From: Chiloscyllium plagiosum
Lineage: Eukaryota
Length of the DNA: 20,000 nucleotides
NCBI RefSeq assembly: GCF_004010195.1
Contig: NC_057719.1
Location: 22,042,062-22,062,061, forward strand
Direction: 5' to 3'
Numbering within the stretch: position 1 is the first letter of the stretch; each line of letters opens with the position of its first letter. A program made the position numbers and the translations under genes. Under the pieces are notes generated by a model. That model saw only the letters and a list, made by a program, of their open reading frames with translations, searched no databases and was not told where the DNA came from. Below are positions 1 to 10,237 of this stretch, in pieces.

Positions 1-2
1 CC

Positions 3-295
3 TGCCCCTCCACCCACATTATCTACTGCATCCGCTGCAGCCGGTGTGGCCTCCTCTATATTGGGGAGACAGGCCGCCTACTTGCGGAGCGATTCAGAGA
101 GCACCTCTGGGCCAACCCAATCACCCTGTAGCACAGCATTTCAACTCCCCCTCCCACTCCACCGAGGATATGCAGGTCATTGGACTCATCCACCGCCAAA
201 CCACAACAACGCGACGGTCGGAGGAGGAGCGTCTTATCTTCCGACTGGGGACCCTCCAACCGCAGGGGATGAACTTGGACTTCACCAGTTTCTTT
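3..295 (+). pseudogene. Frameshifted GIY-YIG endonuclease domain of the PLE ORF
   Basis: The YIGETGR..ERFREH segment and the HPVAQHF...E..LIF.LGTL.P.GMN segment lie in different frames, joined near nt 113. Confidence 0.88.
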
Positions 296-506
296 CTCCC
301 CCCTCCCCCCACCTTGTCTCCGCCGGGTCCCCCCAGCCCGGCGCCGCCTTCCTGACCTGCAGTCTTCTTGTTGACCTCTCCGCCTCCACCCTACTCCGAC
401 CTATCACCCTCACCTTGACCTCTTTCCACCTATCACATTTCCAACTCCCCTCCTCCAAGTCCCTCCTCCCTACCTTTTATCTTCTCCTGCTGAACACTCT
501 CTGCTC

Positions 507-542
507 ATTCCTGAAGAAGGGCCTGTGCCCGAAACGTCGAAT
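507..542 (+). ncRNA. Minimal hammerhead ribozyme (PLE type), intact
   Basis: ATTC-CTGAAGA-A-GGGC-ctgt-GCCC-GAAA-C-GTC-GAAT: stem I ATTC/GAAT, CUGANGA core, stem II GGGC/GCCC, GAAA, palindromic ACGT in place of stem III, predicted GUC cleavage after nt 538. Confidence 0.85.
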
Positions 543-703
543 CTCCTGTTCCCTGGATGCTGCCTGACCTGCTGTGCTGTTCCAGCAATAAAGTTTCAAC
601 TTCATAATATCTGTCTATACCCTTATTCTAATTGCTTCCAAAACCCCCATCCATTCCATATTACCATCAAATCTGACCACTCCAATGATCTGCAATTATT
701 AAA

Positions 704-885
704 TAAAACAAAGAACTGCAGATGCTGGAAATCTGAAATGAAAACAGAAATTGCTGGAGAAGCTTGGCAGTTCTGGCAGTATCTGCAGATTCAGAAATCT
801 AAATACTGAAAAAGAGTCACTGGACTCAAAACATTTACTCTGCTTTCTCTCCACAGATGCTGCCAGATTTGCTGATCTTTTTCTA
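704..885. mobile_element. Old head-to-head PLE terminal-repeat element with a decayed hammerhead
   Basis: The left part (ctgcagatgctggaaatctgaa...tctggcagtatctg) is the reverse complement of the PLE-type tail (compare ccagcatctgcag at 13211 and 15970). The right part has CTGAAAA-A-GAGTC-actg-GACTC-AAAACATT (806-835) and then cagatgctgccagatttgctga. Confidence 0.7.
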
Positions 886-3132
886 TAATTCTTCCTTGCC
901 TTCCTAATCTGTCCTCCAGCCTGACAACCCCCTGGAGATCTGCATTCTTTATCTTTTGTCCATCTTCCACTTCCTTCACCATATCACTGCGTCTTTAGCT
1001 AAATTTATTTCTTATGCTTTTGAATTTGCACTGTCTACCTCTCAGCTTTTCCAACTCACTTTCATCTTAAGATCTCTCCTTAAAAACTGAACCTTGACCA
1101 AGCAGTCGATCACCTTTCCCAATGTTTTTCTTTTCTCTACTCTGCTGTTAGGTTTTATCTGGCGTCGCTGGTGGGAATATTTTACTGCATTAACAGAGCT
1201 GTACAAATTCAACATGATATTGCTAATATTTTTCCTACAAAGTAGCAGATGTTTCAAAGTCATTGCTGAAAATAGCTTCTAGCTAGTTTGCTGTGATTCC
1301 ATATGTGTTACACATTCTGAGTTAGTGTTTCGAAAATCTGTTCTTTATGACTAAGTTCAGCAGCAGTCCATTAATATTTCCCATACATAGCTGTGTCTTG
1401 ATGTATTGTTTACAGTATCATAGACAGTTAAATGAATGTACTTCTGTAGAAATAGCCTCGCAAGTGCAGCGTCTCAGGAAAAAGCGATGCCATACCACTA
1501 TCAGGGGCAGCTTTTAAATGTTATTTTAAGAAATGCCTCTGCTCTTATTATTTTGGACCAAAGCTCCTCACATTAAAAGGGAACACATGATTGATTTCAG
1601 AGGAAATAGTGAGAATCTGAGCCAGTTAGGAACATGAGATGACTGGAGTGTTTTGTTCATAAAGTATAGTTCCATTAACCTGAAGGGGGAAGATTCCTAC
1701 TTAGTGTTAATCTGAAACACATTCCCAAACCCCAAGGAGAAAAGATTCTTACTTTTTCTCTTATTTTCCTTTTATCTTCTCAGTCTGCTGGGTAGACTTT
1801 GACCAGACTCAAACCTTTAGGTTGTCATTACATAGAAAACCTCTTTAAAACTCTTGCCAAACCCGTTATAAACTGACAATTGCCCTCCAGCATTAATCCT
1901 CTGGGATCTACTGAATCATGAGAATTCCCTATTGCTTTCAGCGACTCTTTAAAGATCTGAAAACAAACCAAGGTATAGATCTCTGTCTTTAGTGTTGCGT
2001 GTTAGGCTTCACTTGGATTGACTGCAGCAAGAAGTAACTGGAGGTGAGGGTCACTTGCTGGGAAAGGTACCTTCTAATCTGTTTTGTCACAGACATTAAC
2101 AGACGAAAACCAACAAGTTCTGGAGAATGTGCACTGGACCTCCCTGCTAGATATTCAGTTGCAGATCTGTCAAGGTAATGCATCTCAAAGTGAAAAAATG
2201 AAAATTTAGTGCCTGAGTATTGTATTTGCTTTTCTTTCTCTTTTTTTCTTCCTTCACTGAAGGTATTGGCTCATATTGGGATTCAACATGTGGCCAGACC
2301 TCCAGTATTTCAATCATTTTACATGGCAGAGCTTGAACTGTGAATGTGAGTGGGGTATTTGATAGTCTTGGGATAAGGCCATCAGAGGCAATTCTGATCC
2401 TGCTCCCATTTCATACATTTTCCAGTGCACTAGACTGTTTGGCAGTCACAAGTAGTAATCTGAGGTGACTTTTCCTTTGCACACGATCTTGGGCATTAAG
2501 GACAATTTCTCTGCCCTAACTGAGGTCAGGAATTATACATCTATGTGTTGGCCACAGGGTGCTTATCACTGAACCAACAAAGTACCTTAAAATGTGTTTT
2601 CTCATCAGAATTCAAGTTTGCCATAACTGAAGTTAAGAAATGTGTGAAGCCAAAATCAAACCAATTATGAAAATGTAACACCATGAAACATAACTTTAAC
2701 ACTCATTAGTTTCAATGAAAGTCTAGTGAAGGAGTGGGTAATAAGCCACAGCTCCTTTACCATCAGCCAGTCATTCCTTTGTGGTAAAAGAGGACAGGAT
2801 TCGGCAACAGGACTGTGGTCATTCTAAGATTTGATTGTCTCAGCCTTAGGCACCAGCTCATTCTCCATAATTGGATGGGAAACTTAAAGGTGGCCTCTTA
2901 TTTTGCTATGTGCAGGTAGATTACCCAGGCAGCCAATGTTGGTTGCCCCTCGCTTATTTTTAAAAATGCACTGGATTCTTGTTCACCTCTCAGTTAATCC
3001 AGTTTTCTCCCCCAACTCTGCTTGTGTGCACAGCAGACGCACATATATAATTGTAAAGCATTGTTGAGTTCCTGATCCCTGCAATGCTGATCAATGAAAT
3101 TTGAATGAAAATGCTTTCAATTCACTTTGTAA

Positions 3133-3895
3133 ATAGAGTCATAGAGTCATACAGGACCGAAACAGACCCTTCGGCCCAATCAGTCCATGCCGATCACAAT
3201 CCCAAACTAAACTAGTCCCACCTGCCTGTGCTTGGCCCATATCCCTCCAAACATTTCTTATTCATGTACTTATCTCAATGTCTTTTAAACACTGTAACTG
3301 TACCCATGACCACCACTTCTTACAGAAGTTCATTCGACATATGAGCTACTGTCTGTGTAAAATTTTGCCTCTCATGTCTTTTTAAAATCTTTCTCCTCTC
3401 ACGTTAAAAATATGCCATCTAGTCTTGAAATCCCCAAACCTAGGGAAAAGAGAGCTGCCGTTCACCTTATCTATGTCCCTCATGACTTGATAAACATCTA
3501 TAAGATCACTCCTCAACCTCCTATGCTCCAGTGAAAAATGCCCCAGCCTATCCAGCCTCTTCTTATAACTCAAACCCTCCATTTCTGGGAACGTTGTGGT
3601 AAATATTTTCTGAACCCTCTCGAGCCTAATAATATCCTTCCTTTAACTGCATACACTACTCCAGAAGTGGCCTCACCAATGTCCTGTACAATCTCAACAT
3701 GACGTCTCAACTCTGATACTCAAAGGTCTGAGCAATGAAGGCAAGTGGGCTAAACGTCTTCTTAAACCACCCTGTCTACATGTGATGCAAACGTCAAAGA
3801 ATTATGCATTAGGCCCTACTTTTAATAGCATAAGTCCTGTCTTTGCTTGTTTTACCAAAATGCAATACCTCACACTTATCCAAATTAAACTCCAT
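3133..3895 (-). mobile_element. CR1-clade LINE, 3' fragment
   Basis: Tandem ATAGAGTC 8-mer tail at the left end. Minus ORF EGLSYKKRLDRLGHFSLEHRRLRSDLIDVYQVMR is a typical CR1 ORF2 C-terminus. The 3' UTR is homologous to 19128-19245. Confidence 0.9.
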
Positions 3896-4235
3896 ATGAT
3901 GGGTGCATTTGAATAAAGGAGCTACGATATCCGCTGAAAAAGTGGAGAAGGAAATTTGAAATGACAGTTGAACATTTAATTTGCTCCCTAATTAAATTTC
4001 CAAACAAATGGGTGATTTTAGTGAGTTTGTGCCTTGGTGGGTATACCATTTTAAAATGGGAGACAGGATGATAAAAATGAGGAACATCAGGAATGAGAAC
4101 CCCAGAATTAGGTGCTATCTATTATTTTTAAAGTTTGGAAAGTCTTTCAAACCCCACAAAATTCCTGGCCGTTATCTCCCATTCGTAAATGCTGCCTTTC
4201 CATGGGGAGCTGTATGAATGATTTAAAGAAAATAT

Positions 4236-4348
4236 AAAAGCAAAATGCTGCAGATGCTGGAAATCTGAAACAAACACAGGGAATGGTTGAGAAACTCAGC
4301 AGGTCAGTCAGCCTCTCTGGAAACAGAAGGAGTTTCTCCAGCATTCTC
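4236..4348. mobile_element. Truncated old PLE terminal-repeat fragment (related to 704-885)
   Basis: Shares ctgcagatgctggaaatctgaaa with 716-738 and has a short internal inversion (gagaaactc...gagtttctc). Confidence 0.65.
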
Positions 4349-4519
4349 AAGTTCAAATAATTTAAACCCTTTTTGAGGCAACTGTAGGTAGCTTGTCTGT
4401 ACCAAGAATCCCATTGTTTAATATTATCCCATTTCCAACACTGACTTTATTAAACAAAGGCTACCCTTTGAATGGTAACCACTTTACGTCTGTTTGCCAC
4501 TCTTCCTAAGAGTGTTCCC

Positions 4520-5503
4520 TTCTTTTTTCAAATTCAACTTTTGGGAAATAGTCTCAGTGGCTGAGTTAGCACTTATTGTCTGTCCCCAGTTGTCCTTGAC
4601 AAGGTGGTCATGAGCCACCTTCTTGAACTGTAGCAGCCCTTTTGCTGTGGGAAGATCCATAATGTCATCAGTCAGAGAATTCCAAGATTTTGACACAGCA
4701 ATACTGAAAGGACAGTGATATGGCAGGATTGTGAGTGTTTGGTTAGAATTCACATGTGGTAGTGTTATAGATGATAGTGGTTGTGGGTTTTGCTAGGTGG
4801 TGTGTAAGGATCTTTGATGATTTTCTGTGGTACATCTCATAGATTTTACACACTGATGTGACAGACAGTCAGTGGCGGAGGGAGATGTTTGTGGATGTGT
4901 TGTCAATCAAACAGGCTTGGATGGTGTCAAACTTCATAAGTATTGTTGAAGCTGCATTCATTCAGACAAGTGATGACTATTCCATCAAACTCCTCTGTTG
5001 ACACTTCCAGATGTTGAACAGGCTTTGTGGTGTCAGGTGGTCAGTTATTCATTGTAATATTTCAAGCCTCTAACCTGTTGTTTTAGCCACTTATGTGGTA
5101 TTTATGTGGTTAGCTCAGTTCAGTTTCTGGTCAATGGTAACTTCCAGGATGTTGTAAATTGGGGATTCGGTGAAGTTAACACTATTAAGTCAAGAGGTGA
5201 TGATTAGATTGTCTCTTATTGGAGATGGTCATAGCTTGGCATTTGTGTAGTGTGAATGTTACTTGCCACTTGTCAGCTCAAGCCTAGGTGCTGTTCAGAC
5301 CTTGTTCCATTTAGATATGGTCTGCTTTAGTATCTGAGGAGGCATGAACGGTGCTGAACATTCTGCAAACATTGGCAAACATCATCAGTTTTGATCTTAT
5401 GCTGGAGGGAAGATCATCAATGAAGATGGATGAGCCCAGGACATTACCCTGATGAACTCCTGCATAAATGTGCCAGAGCTAAGATGACTGATCTCCAACA
5501 ACC
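4520..5503 (-). mobile_element. Old CR1/L2-group (Jockey-group) LINE, 3' segment (piece 1 of 3)
   Basis: Minus-strand translation near 5463-5365 gives AGVHQGNVLGSSIFIDDLPSSIRSKLMMFANVC, decayed GVPQGSVLGP and FADD motifs. The 3' end (WNSL...QFKKVAH) is homologous to 11938-12090 and 15410-15715. Confidence 0.8.
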
Positions 5504-6568
5504 CTCCTTCGACTGACTGAACTGGTCCTCACCCTGAACAACTTTTCTTTCCAATCCTCCCACTTTCTCCAAACAAAAGGAGTAGCCATGGGCACCCGCA
5601 TGGGCCCCAGCTATGCCTGCCTCTTCGTAGGGTATGTGGAACAATCCATCTTCCGCAACTACACTGGCCCCACCCCCCATCTTTTCCTTCGCTACATTGA
5701 TGACTGTATCGGCGCTACCTCGTGCTCCCACGAGGAGGTTGAACAGTTCATCCACTACACCAACACCTTCCACCCCGACCTCAAATTCACCTGGACAGTC
5801 TCGGACTCCTCCCTCCCCTTCCTAGACCTTTCTGTTTCTATCTCAGGCGACCGAATCAACACGGACATCTACTACAAACCAACCGACTCCCACAGCTACC
5901 TAGACTACACCTCCTCCCATCCTGCCCCCTGTAAAAACGCCATCCCATTCTCCCAATTCCTACGTCTCCGCCGCATCTGCTCCCAGGAGGACCAGTTCAA
6001 AATACGTACAACACAGATGGCCTCCTTCTTCAAGGACCGCAATTTCCCCCCCGACGTGGTCGACGGTGCCCTCCACCGCATCTCCTCCACTTCCCGCCCC
6101 CCCGCCCTTGAGCCCCGCCCCTCCAACCGCCACCAGGACAGAACCCCACTGGTCCTCACCTACCACCCCACCAATCTCCATGTACAGCGCATCATCCGCC
6201 GTCACTTCCGCCACCTCCAAACAGACCCCAGCACCAAGGATATATTTCCCTCCCCTCCCCTATCAGCTGTCCGTAGAGACCACTCCCTCCGCGACTCCCT
6301 TGTCAGATCCACACCCCCCACCGACCCAACCACCACTCCCGGCACCTTCCCTTGCAACCGCAGGAGGTGCAACACTTGCGCCCACACCTCCCCCCTCACT
6401 TCTCTCCAAGGCCCCAAGGGAAACTTCCATATCCGCCACAGATTCACCTGCACCTCCACCCACATCATCTACTGCATCCGCTGCAGCCGGTGTGGCCTCC
6501 ATGTTTGGATCATTGGAATCTCTGCTGGGGTAGAATTGACGTGCATAAGAAGGATGGATTGTACCTGA
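5501..6568 (+). CDS. Uninterrupted partial PLE polyprotein (RT core C-terminal half, thumb, Cys-rich linker, start of GIY-YIG); truncated at both ends
   Basis: Frame is open from 5501: TLLRLTELVLTLNNFSF...QTKGVAMGTRMGPSYACLF...FLRYIDD...LPFLDL...YYKPTDSHSYLDYTSSHP...FPCNRRRCNTC...IIYCIRCSRCGL. After 6500 it reads into foreign sequence and stops at 6568. Unlikely to make a functional protein. Confidence 0.85.
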   Translation, partial: TLLRLTELVLTLNNFSFQSSHFLQTKGVAMGTRMGPSYACLFVGYVEQSIFRNYTGPTPHLFLRYIDDCIGATSCSHEEVEQFIHYTNTFHPDLKFTWTVSDSSLPFLDLSVSISGDRINTDIYYKPTDSHSYLDYTSSHPAPCKNAIPFSQFLRLRRICSQEDQFKIRTTQMASFFKDRNFPPDVVDGALHRISSTSRPPALEPRPSNRHQDRTPLVLTYHPTNLHVQRIIRRHFRHLQTDPSTKDIFPSPPLSAVRRDHSLRDSLVRSTPPTDPTTTPGTFPCNRRRCNTCAHTSPLTSLQGPKGNFHIRHRFTCTSTHIIYCIRCSRCGLHVWIIGISAGVELTCIRRMDCT

Positions 6569-6713
6569 ATTGGAAGGTGTCTAATATCCAGGCAGGGAGA
6601 TTTGCTAGTGCTACTCAGGAGGCATTAAACCAGTGAGGGAGTGGGGGGTAAACCTAAAGAGATAGTGAGAGAAGAGGTATGTCTGAGGCTGGTACAGTTG
6701 AGAAGTTAGACAG
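6501..6713 (+). mobile_element. CR1 LINE fragment: C-terminus of ORF1 (SGNH-type esterase) plus following spacer
   Basis: Translates as CLDHWNLCWGRIDVHKKDGLYLNWKVSNIQAGRFASATQEALNQ*, resembling the D.W..FW....Y.KDGLHLN..G..ILA terminus of CR1 ORF1 esterases. Composition switches abruptly from C-rich to purine-rich. Confidence 0.78.
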
Positions 6714-6715
6714 TC

Positions 6716-6751
6716 ATTCCTGAAGAAGGGCATGTGCCCGAAACGTCGAAT
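6716..6751 (+). ncRNA. Minimal hammerhead ribozyme (PLE type), intact
   Basis: ATTC-CTGAAGA-A-GGGC-atgt-GCCC-GAAA-C-GTC-GAAT. It differs from 507-542 only in the stem II loop. Confidence 0.85.
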
Positions 6752-6888
6752 CTTCTGTTCCCTAGATGCTGCCTGACCTGCTGTGCTGTTCCAGCAATAA
6801 AGTTTCAGCTTTGATCTCCAACAACCACATATAAACCATGAAATTAGATATTCATTCACCAACTCAAATTTCTAAGTGCAATGTGATG

Positions 6889-7186
6889 CCCCAGCTATGA
6901 CTTCAACCAGTGAAGAGCCTTTTCCTTGGTTCCCATTGAGCCCAGTTTTAGTGGACACATGGTCAAATGTGATCTTTTCATCAAAGGCTGTCAACTTCAT
7001 CTCACCTCTGGAATTCAACTCTTTTGTCTGTGTTTGAACCAAAGCTGTGATGATGTTAGGAGCTGGGCATCACTGAGCAGGTTATTGCTGAGCAGCTGCT
7101 GCTTGATAGCACTGTTGTTGACACCTTCCATCACATTACTGATGATCCAGAGTAAACTGATAATGATTAGCTGAGTTGGATTGGGC
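6889..7186 (-). mobile_element. Old CR1/L2-group LINE, middle segment (piece 2 of 3)
   Basis: Minus translation gives IISLLWIISNVMEGVNNSAIKQQLLSNNLLSDAQ (decayed RPISLL..K..E motif) and GEMKLTAFDEKITFDHV (decayed LD..KAFD). These RT motifs precede those in piece 1. Confidence 0.75.
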
Positions 7187-7275
7187 TTGATTTGGAGATA
7201 CCGGTTTTGGACTGGGGTGTACAAAGTTACAAATCACACAACACCAGGTTATAGTCCAACAGGTTTAATTGGCAG

Positions 7276-7310
7276 TACTAGCTTTCGGAGCGCCAGTCCT
7301 TTATCAGGTG
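7276..7310 (-). ncRNA. Degenerate minimal hammerhead ribozyme of the second PLE family
   Basis: Minus strand reads CAC-CTGATAA-A-GGA-ctggcgc-TCC-GAAA-GC-TA-GTA: palindromic AGCT, CUA triplet, core CUGANGA mutated to CUGAUAA. Confidence 0.65.
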
Positions 7311-7679
7311 GTTGTGAGTACACAATTGTAAGACACAGAATTTATAGCAAAAATTTACAGTGATGTAACTGAAATTATACATTGAAAAATGCCTTGATTG
7401 TTTGTTGAGTCTCTCATCTTTTAGAATGACCATGGTAGGTGCACTTCTTTCATATGTAAATCACAAAACATTTTCTAAAAGTTACATTCTCAGATTAACG
7501 TAACAATTGGTGTCAGCATAGATAAGATGTTGAGACGATGAAGGTGTTAGCCCCCTGTGTTCCCTGTCTGTGCCATAATTCTAATCTAAAAAGTGAGTTA
7601 ACAGAGTCTTCCATGGATTCATGCAGTTTTTGAGTGAAGTACTACGTAACACTGCAAGTACAAATTCACCCCACAAACG

Positions 7680-8001
7680 TATATGTGTATGTGTGCAATT
7701 GGGTTTTTGTGTGTGTGTATGTCTGGGGTGGGGGTTTGTGAGTGCTTGTGAGAGAGAATGTATATATGTGTGTGTGCGTGAGTGTAAAGTAGTCCAAGTC
7801 TGTGAGAGGGTTCATGTGTGAGTGTGGGAGTGTGTGTGTCTGTAGGTGTGTATGTGTGTCTCTGGGATGGGGTGTTGTGAGTGTTTGTGAGAGAGAGTGT
7901 ATATGTGTGTGTGAGTGTAAAGTGTGTAAGTCTGTGAGAGGATGCATGTGTGAGTGTGGGAGGATGTGTGTGCGCGTAGGAGTATCTGTGTGTGTGTGTA
8001 T
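7680..8001. repeat. (TG/CA)-rich low-complexity tract with a ~135-bp higher-order duplication, inside the PLE 3' UTR
   Basis: The unit ...ctggg.tgggg..tgtgagtg.ttgtgagagaga.tgtata...gagtgtaaagt...aagtctgtgagagg...catgtgtgagtgtgggag occurs at about 7711-7838 and 7851-7972. Confidence 0.9.
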
Positions 8002-8014
8002 AGTGCAATGGTGG

Positions 8015-10210
8015 TCATTTGCAATGTGACATGAACCCAAGGTCCCGGTTGAGGCCCTTCCTATGGGTACTGAACTTAGCTATCAGCCTCAGCTTGACCA
8101 CTTTTCGCTGCTGCCTGTTCTGAAGCCTGCCTTGGAGGACGGTCACCCGAAGGTCTGAGGTCGAATGTCCTGGACCGCTGAAGTGTTCTCCAGCTGGGAG
8201 GGAACACTCCTGTCTGTTGATTGTTGTGCGGTGCCCATTCATCCATTGCCGTAGCCTTTGCTCGATTTCACCAATGTACCATGCCTCAGGGCATCTTTGC
8301 CTGCATCATATAAGATAGACAACATTGGCTGAGTCACAAGAGTACCTGCCACGTATATTGTGGGAGGTGTCCCCATGTGTAATGGTGGTATCTATGTCCA
8401 CACTCTGACACGTCTTGCAACGCCTACCATGACAAGGTTGTACAGAATTGTCCTGAGAGCCGGGCATTTTGCTACGAACAATGATCTGTTTGAGGTTTGG
8501 CGGTTGTTTAAAGGCAAGCAGTGGAGGTTTGGGGAAGGTCTTGGCGAGGTGCTCATCCTCGTTGATAATCTGTTGCAGGCTGCGAAGAACATGGCGTAGT
8601 TTTTTGGCTCCTGGGAAATACTAGACAATGAAGGGTACCCTGTTGGTTGCAGCACGTGTCTATCCCCTGAGGAGGTCATTACGGTTCCTTGCTGTGGCAC
8701 ATCGGAACTGGCGGTTGAAGAGTTGAGCATTATATCCTGTTCTTATGATGGCATACCTGAGTATTTCCAGATGCCCGTCACATTCCTCCTCATCTGAATA
8801 GATCCAGTGTACGTGTAGGGCTTGTCGATAGGGGATGGCTGTTTTAATATGTTTTGGGTGAAAGCTGGAGAAGTGCAGCATTGTGAGGTTGTCTGTGGGT
8901 TTGCGGTAGAGTATAGTGCTGAGTTGTCCATACTTGATAGAGATGCATGTATCCAAGAATGAAACAGATAGTAGAGCGTAGTCTATGGGCGAGTTTGATG
9001 GTGGGATGAGACTTGTTGATAACACTTTGTAGTTTTATCAGTGACTCCTCGCCATGAGTCCAGTGGAAGAAAATGTCGTCAATGTACCTGGTGTATAATG
9101 TTGGTTGGAGGTCCTGTGTAGAGAAGAAGTCTTGTTCGAACCTGTGCATGAAGATGTTGGCATATTGGGGTGCAAATCTGGTCCCCATGGCTGTTCCATG
9201 TGTCTGGATGAAGAACTGGTTGTCAAAAGTGAAGATGTTGTGATCGAGGATAAAGTGGATGAGTTGTAGGATGGTGTTTGGAGATTGACAGTTGTTGCTG
9301 TTGAGTACTGAGGCTGTTGCCGTGATGCCGTCATTGTGGGGGACGCTGGTGTAGAGTGCTGACATGTCCATCGTGATGAGTAATGTTCCCAGTTCGACTG
9401 ATCCGTGGGTGCTGAGCTTCTTTAAGAAACCCATAGTGTCGCGACAGAAGCTGGGGATCCCCTATACAATGGGTTTCAAGATGCCTTCAAGATAGCAGGG
9501 GAGATTCTCACACTGGGTCCTATTGCCTGATATGATGGGACATCCTGGTGTATTGGCTTTGTGTATCTTTGAAAGGCAGTAGAAATTGCCTACACGAGAA
9601 GTACGTGGGATTTGGACACGTAGGGAACTCTGAAGAGCTGGATCCAAAGTCCTGATCAATGTGTTTAGTTCACGGGTGTGTTCTTTGGTCGGATCAGCTA
9701 GTAGTTGCCTGTAGTGTTCCTGGTTGTTCAGTTGTCGGTACACTTTCTTGTAGTAATCTGACTATTCTGAATGATGATGGCTCCTCCTTTATCTGCTGGT
9801 TTGATGACAATGTTGTGATTGGTTTTGAGAGCATGGATGGCATTGCACTGTGAAGTGGTGACGTTTTGCTCTACCTTGTGGGTACGGCTGATGAATCTGG
9901 CATTTATATATTTCCTGACGGTTTGAGAATACATGTCAAGCCCAGGGCAGTGGCTCTCTTGTGGGGTCCAAGTTGACTCCTTCTTTGGTTGCTCCTCTAC
10001 AGATCCCTGTGATGACTGTTCCGGTTCGTCAGTGGGCTCATTGGGATCACTGTTGGCACCTTGAAAGAATTCCCGAAGTTTCATTCATCTGATGAACTCC
10101 TCAGTGTCTGCTGCAAGAACCAAGGGGTCCATTTTGGTGGTGGGGCAGAAATTGAGATCCCTGCTCAGGACTCCAATCTCTTCCAGACGAAGGGTGTGGT
10201 CCGATAAGTT
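8015..10210 (-). pseudogene. Disrupted PLE RT-GIY-YIG polyprotein
   Basis: The ORF is broken into pieces (9728-10084, 9462-9743, 8844-9434, 8660-9025, 8015-8242) by frameshifts and in-frame stops, for example FIR*MKL and YLI*C. Confidence 0.9.
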
Positions 10211-10237
10211 CCACACTGTGTCTTCCCCGCAGTGATA

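Larger units (their letters stand above)
1..602 (+). mobile_element. Penelope-like retroelement, 3' part (GIY-YIG endonuclease, C-rich 3' UTR, terminal repeat); continues beyond the left window edge
   Basis: Frame from nt 3 reads CPSTHIIYCIRCSRCGLLYIGETGRLLAERFREHLW (IIY...YIG motif). After a frameshift near nt 113 it continues HPVAQHFNSPSHS...RRSEEERLIFRLGTLQPQGMN. It ends with a hammerhead motif and AATAAA (587-592). Nt 1-54 match 6447-6500 at 52/54. Confidence 0.93.
5504..6811 (+). mobile_element. 5'-truncated PLE insertion, chimeric with a CR1 fragment, flanked by a 15-bp TSD
   Basis: TGATCTCCAACAACC occurs at 5489-5503 and 6812-6826. Inside: PLE ORF to 6500, CR1-like segment 6501-6713, PLE terminal repeat 6714-6811 (94/98 identical to 505-602). 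Confidence 0.9.
7188..10210 (-). mobile_element. Penelope-like retroelement, second family, near-complete ORF plus 3' UTR and terminal repeat
   Basis: Collinear PLE motifs: NLSDHTL..EE..VLSRDLNFCP (from 10210), IVIKPADKGGAIII, FYCLSKIHK...PIISG, LITMDMSALYTSVP, GTAMGT.FAP.YANIFM, RYIDDIF, FLD, YRKPTD, VVYLI*C...WYIGE, EHFS, GLNRD. ATTAAA (7269-7264) and a hammerhead-like motif lie at the 3' end. Confidence 0.93.

Noticed and set aside
5444..6636. Overlapping Pro-rich and antisense Gly-rich ORFs
   Set aside because: They are shadow frames of the C-rich PLE ORF. The 6352-6636 frame runs into the CR1 esterase piece, but its N-terminal part is off-frame PLE sequence, so it is not an RT-esterase fusion protein.
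7619..8040. His/Thr-rich and Cys/Val-rich ORFs
   Set aside because: They are translation artefacts of the (CA/TG)n tract.
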